64,000 nt of DNA from an uncultured Sphingobacteriales bacterium (GTDB lineage: Bacteria; Bacteroidota; Bacteroidia; Chitinophagales; Chitinophagaceae): assembly GCA_937871285.1 (NCBI GenBank), contig CALMQS010000124.1, positions 2,233 to 66,232 on the forward strand. Direction: 5' to 3'. Within the stretch, counting starts at the first letter, position 1. Each line of letters starts with the position of its first letter. Under the pieces are notes generated by a model that had not been told where the DNA came from, searched no databases, and saw nothing but the letters and a program-made list of their open reading frames with translations. The position numbers and the translations under genes are program-made. Below, piece after piece: positions 58,936 through 64,000 of this stretch.

Positions 58936-58972
58936 TATGCATTTACGTTAAGTACCCTTCAAAATCCATTTT

Positions 58973-60427
58973 TTATTCATACCCTGGATTCTGACCAATG
59001 GCTTTGGCATCTAAAGCAGGTATAGGCAACAGGTAGTCGTTATCATCATAACCCTGTGCATTGTCGGGCAAATTCACTTCCTGCAAAAGCCGTTTTCTCA
59101 ACACATCAAAATACCTGTCGTTTTCAAAGCACAGCTCAAAGCTTCTCTCATCAATAACCTTTTTATCAAATGCTGCTGCCGACATAGCCATGCCGGCTCT
59201 TTCTTCCGTTCCTGTTCCGGCATTAGCCCTGTCAATGATCTGGTTCAGGCGGTCAACAGCCTTTTGGGTAGGCCCCCCGTTAGCCATGTTTGCCGCTTCT
59301 GCATACAGGAGCAATATATCGGCAAACCTTAATATCTTTATTTCAATACCGGCATCTCCGCCACTCACCTGTTGCTCATAGGTAAGATTGGGCATGTTGT
59401 ATTTACCAACGTACGGCACTCCGTCTGCAGATGCCGACCAGTTAATAACAGGAGCAGACGGGTCATATATATTAGAGGTAAAATCAAGCAGCAAATAACT
59501 ATGTTTGCGCGGCTGCTCCGGGAAGATATCGGTTGCCCATAATATTTTAACCGGCCCGCCGCTCCATCCGTCCATTTCAGAGGGCGCCCACACATTGCCC
59601 GGCATATATGGTGCGTCTGACGACTCGTAAAAAGCAAACATAATTTCCATATTCCTGTTATTGGATGTTTTAAAAACATCTTCAAAATTATCCAGCAGGC
59701 CATATGGGCTATTTTCAATCACATCATCAGCTATATCCCTGGCCTGAGCGTAATATTCTGTTTTATTCAGCGGCGCTGTAGCCATTGTTATATACACTTT
59801 TGCCAAAAGCCCTTTTGCCACCCATTTATCAGGCTTGCCGGGCACCCCCCCGTCATAATCCCCGAGATGATCAACCGCATATTGCAGATCCGATATAATC
59901 AATCCATATACATCTGCAATCTCCAAACGCGACTCAGGTGTTAATGGTGTTGTTACAGGGTCGGGGGTATCTTCTGTTATATAAGGTATTTTGCCGTACA
60001 GCCTTACCAGGGTAAAGTAATTGAATGCCCTTAAAAATCTTCCCTGGGCAACCGTGTTGGCAATTGTTTCTTCCGCATTGCCTTCCAGGCTTCCCGCTTT
60101 AACAGCTTTTAATACTTCGTTGATATTGCCGATGGCCTTGTAATGCCATATCCAGAAATCATTAAAAGAGCTAACGCCGAAATCAAGGCTTGCGTCATCA
60201 TACTGCCCGTCGGGCAAAGTAACCGGGTTTTGATATCCTCCCCAGGTTACCCACAATGCGTTCATAGCGCCGGTGTATGCCGCTTCGCACTGGGATACAG
60301 ACCTGTAAAAATTGGATGGAGTGGAAATGGACTCGGGAGATTCGTCTAACTTTTGACACGACATGCTTCCCACAACGGGAATGAGCATGAGCAGATAACC
60401 CGCTAATTTTATATTGAGATTTTTCAT
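58973..60427 (-). CDS. SusD/RagB-family lipoprotein
   Basis: Lipobox SMSC; LYGKIP; RFADILLLYAEA; ELCFE; QNPGY. Confidence 0.95.
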   Translation of the reverse strand: MKNLNIKLAGYLLMLIPVVGSMSCQKLDESPESISTPSNFYRSVSQCEAAYTGAMNALWVTWGGYQNPVTLPDGQYDDASLDFGVSSFNDFWIWHYKAIGNINEVLKAVKAGSLEGNAEETIANTVAQGRFLRAFNYFTLVRLYGKIPYITEDTPDPVTTPLTPESRLEIADVYGLIISDLQYAVDHLGDYDGGVPGKPDKWVAKGLLAKVYITMATAPLNKTEYYAQARDIADDVIENSPYGLLDNFEDVFKTSNNRNMEIMFAFYESSDAPYMPGNVWAPSEMDGWSGGPVKILWATDIFPEQPRKHSYLLLDFTSNIYDPSAPVINWSASADGVPYVGKYNMPNLTYEQQVSGGDAGIEIKILRFADILLLYAEAANMANGGPTQKAVDRLNQIIDRANAGTGTEERAGMAMSAAAFDKKVIDERSFELCFENDRYFDVLRKRLLQEVNLPDNAQGYDDNDYLLPIPALDAKAIGQNPGYE

Positions 60428-60467
60428 TTTTACTATTTTAATTAATACCAATGGTTAATGCCTGCAA

Positions 60468-63400
60468 TTAAAAAGACAGGTTGATCCCGAAGATGAAGGT
60501 TTTTGAAGTGGGATAATTGCTCAGATCAATACCCAACCCTCCGGCGCCTCCTGCATTGAAAGAACTGACTTCCGGGTCGTAACCTGTGTATTTGGTAATA
60601 GTAAACAGATTTACAGCGGTAACATAAGCGGATAACCTGTTTATACGAATGCGCCTTAGTAAAGTATAAGGAAAGTTATACGTTAATGTTACGTTCTTCA
60701 TACGGATATAAGACCCATCTTCTACCCATCTGCTGGAACGTTGATCCACACCAATGCCGGATGTTTGATTAGGGCCCAGATCAAGAAGATTCCTTTCCAT
60801 AGAGCTTAAAAAAACCGGAACATCCGTGTTTTGATTATCAGCAGTCCAGCGGTTATTTAAATTAGTGCTTAGTCCAACAGCAGGATTTTCGGTTTTTATT
60901 CTTACGGCATTAAAAATATCGTTGCCATAGCTCCCCTGTATCAGGAAGGTTAAATCAAAATCTTTATAGGTGATGTTGTTATTCCAGCCATATATAAATT
61001 TGGGACTTGCATTTCCAATAACTTCATTTCCGTCTGCGGCCCTTGTAATTCTGCCATCACTATTCACATCTTTCCATTTTGCTTCACCAGGGGCCTGTCC
61101 CATATCCTTAGCCGCTTCTCTTTCCGCTTCGCTCCAGGTACCGAGATTCACATAACCTCTCATTTGATCTACCGGCTGGCCTACCTGCAGGTATTTTACT
61201 GAAAACCCGCTGCCATAGATCTGGTAACCACCGCCGGTGTTGGTTCTTATGGCCAGCGGCTGGTCGTCCAGCAGCGCCAGTACTTTGCTCCTGTTAAAAG
61301 AAATATTGAATCCTGTATTCCATTTAAAATCAGTTCCTGAAATGGGTCTGCCGCCAACAGCTATTTCCAGGCCTTTATTTTGAATAGATCCCACATTGGC
61401 AAGCATTGTAGAAAAGCCGGTATAGGCTTCAATTTGCTTGTTGAGCAGCAGGTCTTTGGTAACTTTTTTATAGATGTCGGCAGTTAAAGTTAGCCTGTCT
61501 TCAAAAAAGCCTGCATCTATTCCAAAATTGGTTTGGGTAGTGGTTTCCCATTTTAAATCGGGGTTAGCCGGGCGGCCTAAAGCAAAGCCTATGTTGGCAA
61601 CGCCATTGCCATCGTAAGGATAGTTGTAGCCCGACATTACTGTTGCCAGCGACTGGTAAGGACCAATTGCCTGGTTACCTGTTTTACCCCAGCTGGCCCG
61701 CAATTTCAACTCAGAAAATACAGCCAGCGCTTTTATAAAATCTTCTTCGGCGGCTCTCCAGGCTACAGCGCCAGAAGGGAAATATCCCCATTTATTATTA
61801 GCTCCGAAAACAGATGACCCGTCTGCCCTGTAGCTTGCCGTAAACATATACCTGTTGGCAAGCACATAATTAATGCGTCCCAGGTAGGAGTTTAAGGTTT
61901 GTTTTGCAAGGAAAGAAGTTTTTTCGTTTATCTGCCCTGCACCCCCAAGGTCATTGATACCGGTTTCATCGCTGAAGAATCCCTGCGCGGCTATAAAAAG
62001 TTCCTTAGAACGAATATATTGCTGCTCAGCCACACCGGTTACTGTTAACTGATGCTTTCCAAAAGTTTTATTATACGTAAGTATATTGGAATTTTGAAAA
62101 TACTGGTACTTGCTTTCCGTGAGGTTTCCAAGGCCGCTAACACCAAAACCGGGTTGGGTTTTTGTATTGTAAAAGTATTGCTGATCATTGCTTGTAACAC
62201 TGGCGGCACCGGTAACCCTGAACGTTAGCTCTTCAAGCAGCTTAAAATCGAGAAAAGTGCTGATTTCATTAATAATATTATTTTTCTGCGACCTTGTTTC
62301 CAGGGCAGTGGCCACAGGATTCCACACATCCTGGTCTGCATACGATTTAGTGCCATCCGGCCCTCCCCTCAGCGCTTTATAGTTATAGCTGCCGTCTGCG
62401 CTATAAACCGGGGTAACAGGGTCAAACCTGCCCACCGTATTAATTACCTGTCCTAAAATATCACCAAAGCGGGTTCCCTCGCCTACCGGCGGAACATTTC
62501 CTTCATCTTTTATAACATGCAGGTTTACGCCTGCGGTAATCCAACTGTTAAATTTCAGATCCAGGTTGCTTCTTATATTATACCGCTTATATTTTGTGCC
62601 GATCACTATACCCTGCTGATCCATATAACCGCCGGAAACAAAATACCGGGTATTGTCGGAGCCCCCGCTTATAGAAAGCTGGTGATTTTGTATTAATCCT
62701 GCCCGGTAAACTTCATCCTGCCAGTCTGTTCCGCCGCTTTTATACAGGTCGTCAATTTGCTTTTCAGTGAAAGGCAAAACCGGGGTAACAGGTGCGCCGG
62801 GCGTTCCGTCTTGCATAGCAGCATAATCATTCGACTTGCGGGCATAATCTCCTGCACTCAGCAGGCTGAGCTTATGATTTAAGCGCTGACTGCCGATATT
62901 GAAACCGTAATGAAACGCCGGTCGTCCGGCAGCGCCGCGTTTGGTGGTAATAAGTATCACCCCGTTAGCACCCCTGGCGCCATAAATGGCAGTAGCAGAT
63001 GCATCTTTTAACACTTCCAGCGATTCTACATCATTCGGATTGATAGTACTGATATTTACGCCCTGTATTCCATCTACCACAACCAATGCATTATTCCCCC
63101 CTGTAATAGAATTACCGCCCCTCACGCGTATCATCGCGTTTCCACCCGGAGCGCCATCTGTATTTTGCACCATCACGCCGGCCGCGCGTCCCTGCAAAGC
63201 CTGGTCAACACGCTGCGTAGGAAGCTTCGTAAGATCCCCGCCTTTTACCGAGCTTAAAGCGCCGGTAATATCAGATTTTTTCTGAACGCCATAACCTACA
63301 ACTACCACATCGGTCATGCTGCTGTTATCGGCCTCCAGCATTACCGTTAATTCACCCGAAGTAACACGAACTTCTTTGCTGATGTATCCAACGGACGTGA

Positions 63401-63992
63401 TCTGCAGTACAGCAGATTCATTTTTTACCGTAATGGAAAACCTGCCGTTCTCATTGCTGGTTACACCATTGGATGTGCCCTTTTCTATGATGCTGGCCCC
63501 GGCTAAAGGTTCTCCCCTGTCATTAATTATAATCCCGGAAACTTTAAGCTCCTGGATCTCCATGCCCGGATGATCTGTTTTATCCCTGATAATGATGGTC
63601 TTGTTATCAACCACGTAATCCAAAGGCAGGTGCTCAAATACAAGCTTCAGCACATGCTCTAAGGGCATCTCTTTTACAGATATGTCTAATAATTGTACGC
63701 TCTTCAGTGTGCGGGCATTCACCAAAAAATCAAAATCTGATTGCCTGCGTATTTCCCTGAGGATCTTCTGAATGGAAGCATTCTTTTCGCTTAATGTGAT
63801 TTTTTGTGCTGAAAGAGAAGCACTTGCCTGCATACAGATTACAAACAGCAAAAAAGAAATAAGCTTCATCTGCATAATTAGTTTTGAAACCGGTAATCCT
63901 GTTTTGATGAGGCGTGCTTTATTCAGGAAACCGGTAAAACGATTTTTTCCCAAATAAGCGCATAACTTACCTCTGAAAGTATCAAATTGCAT
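60468..63992 (-). CDS. SusC/RagA TonB-dependent transporter with N-terminal STN domain
   Basis: ITLSEKNASIQKILREIRRQS (STN); INPNDVESLEVLKDASATAIYGARGANGVILITT; LKWETT; start may be 63875. Confidence 0.96.
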   Translation of the reverse strand: MQFDTFRGKLCAYLGKNRFTGFLNKARLIKTGLPVSKLIMQMKLISFLLFVICMQASASLSAQKITLSEKNASIQKILREIRRQSDFDFLVNARTLKSVQLLDISVKEMPLEHVLKLVFEHLPLDYVVDNKTIIIRDKTDHPGMEIQELKVSGIIINDRGEPLAGASIIEKGTSNGVTSNENGRFSITVKNESAVLQITSVGYISKEVRVTSGELTVMLEADNSSMTDVVVVGYGVQKKSDITGALSSVKGGDLTKLPTQRVDQALQGRAAGVMVQNTDGAPGGNAMIRVRGGNSITGGNNALVVVDGIQGVNISTINPNDVESLEVLKDASATAIYGARGANGVILITTKRGAAGRPAFHYGFNIGSQRLNHKLSLLSAGDYARKSNDYAAMQDGTPGAPVTPVLPFTEKQIDDLYKSGGTDWQDEVYRAGLIQNHQLSISGGSDNTRYFVSGGYMDQQGIVIGTKYKRYNIRSNLDLKFNSWITAGVNLHVIKDEGNVPPVGEGTRFGDILGQVINTVGRFDPVTPVYSADGSYNYKALRGGPDGTKSYADQDVWNPVATALETRSQKNNIINEISTFLDFKLLEELTFRVTGAASVTSNDQQYFYNTKTQPGFGVSGLGNLTESKYQYFQNSNILTYNKTFGKHQLTVTGVAEQQYIRSKELFIAAQGFFSDETGINDLGGAGQINEKTSFLAKQTLNSYLGRINYVLANRYMFTASYRADGSSVFGANNKWGYFPSGAVAWRAAEEDFIKALAVFSELKLRASWGKTGNQAIGPYQSLATVMSGYNYPYDGNGVANIGFALGRPANPDLKWETTTQTNFGIDAGFFEDRLTLTADIYKKVTKDLLLNKQIEAYTGFSTMLANVGSIQNKGLEIAVGGRPISGTDFKWNTGFNISFNRSKVLALLDDQPLAIRTNTGGGYQIYGSGFSVKYLQVGQPVDQMRGYVNLGTWSEAEREAAKDMGQAPGEAKWKDVNSDGRITRAADGNEVIGNASPKFIYGWNNNITYKDFDLTFLIQGSYGNDIFNAVRIKTENPAVGLSTNLNNRWTADNQNTDVPVFLSSMERNLLDLGPNQTSGIGVDQRSSRWVEDGSYIRMKNVTLTYNFPYTLLRRIRINRLSAYVTAVNLFTITKYTGYDPEVSSFNAGGAGGLGIDLSNYPTSKTFIFGINLSF

Positions 63993-64000
63993 ACTTTTGT

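Overview
This is a 64 kb chromosomal window from a Bacteroidota genome, probably Chitinophagaceae-like. That assignment is inferred from SusC/SusD pairs, TAnnTTTG promoters and the repeat families present. The main result is a candidate sulfur-limitation regulon in the first ~23 kb. A 27-bp palindrome (ATTAGTCTAC-N7-GTAGACTAAT) occurs five times, always in intergenic DNA. Four copies straddle the -33 element of a Bacteroidetes sigma70 promoter at near-identical spacing. Three of those promoters lead into small ORFs sharing an Arg-Cys motif (MNYPSHRFRCCCRLAT, ...SRCP..., ...TIRCS..., ...TLRCS...). The fourth leads into a tRNA-like cloverleaf overlapping a small ORF, upstream of tRNA-Cys. One target SusC/SusD pair is almost free of Met and Cys. 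A SAM-I riboswitch with a cystathionine synthase/lyase gene lies next to this region. The rest of the window holds a sensor kinase/LytTR pair, AsmA, a formylglycine-generating enzyme, an AT-rich stretch of cassette-like genes and fragments with attC-like ends (36-42.6 kb), an exported sugar-redox/aminotransferase cluster, an IS200-like/RAYT transposase with a three-unit REP/BIME array, and a second SusC/SusD locus with no glycoside hydrolase. All product names come from recognising sequence motifs by eye; no database searches were run.
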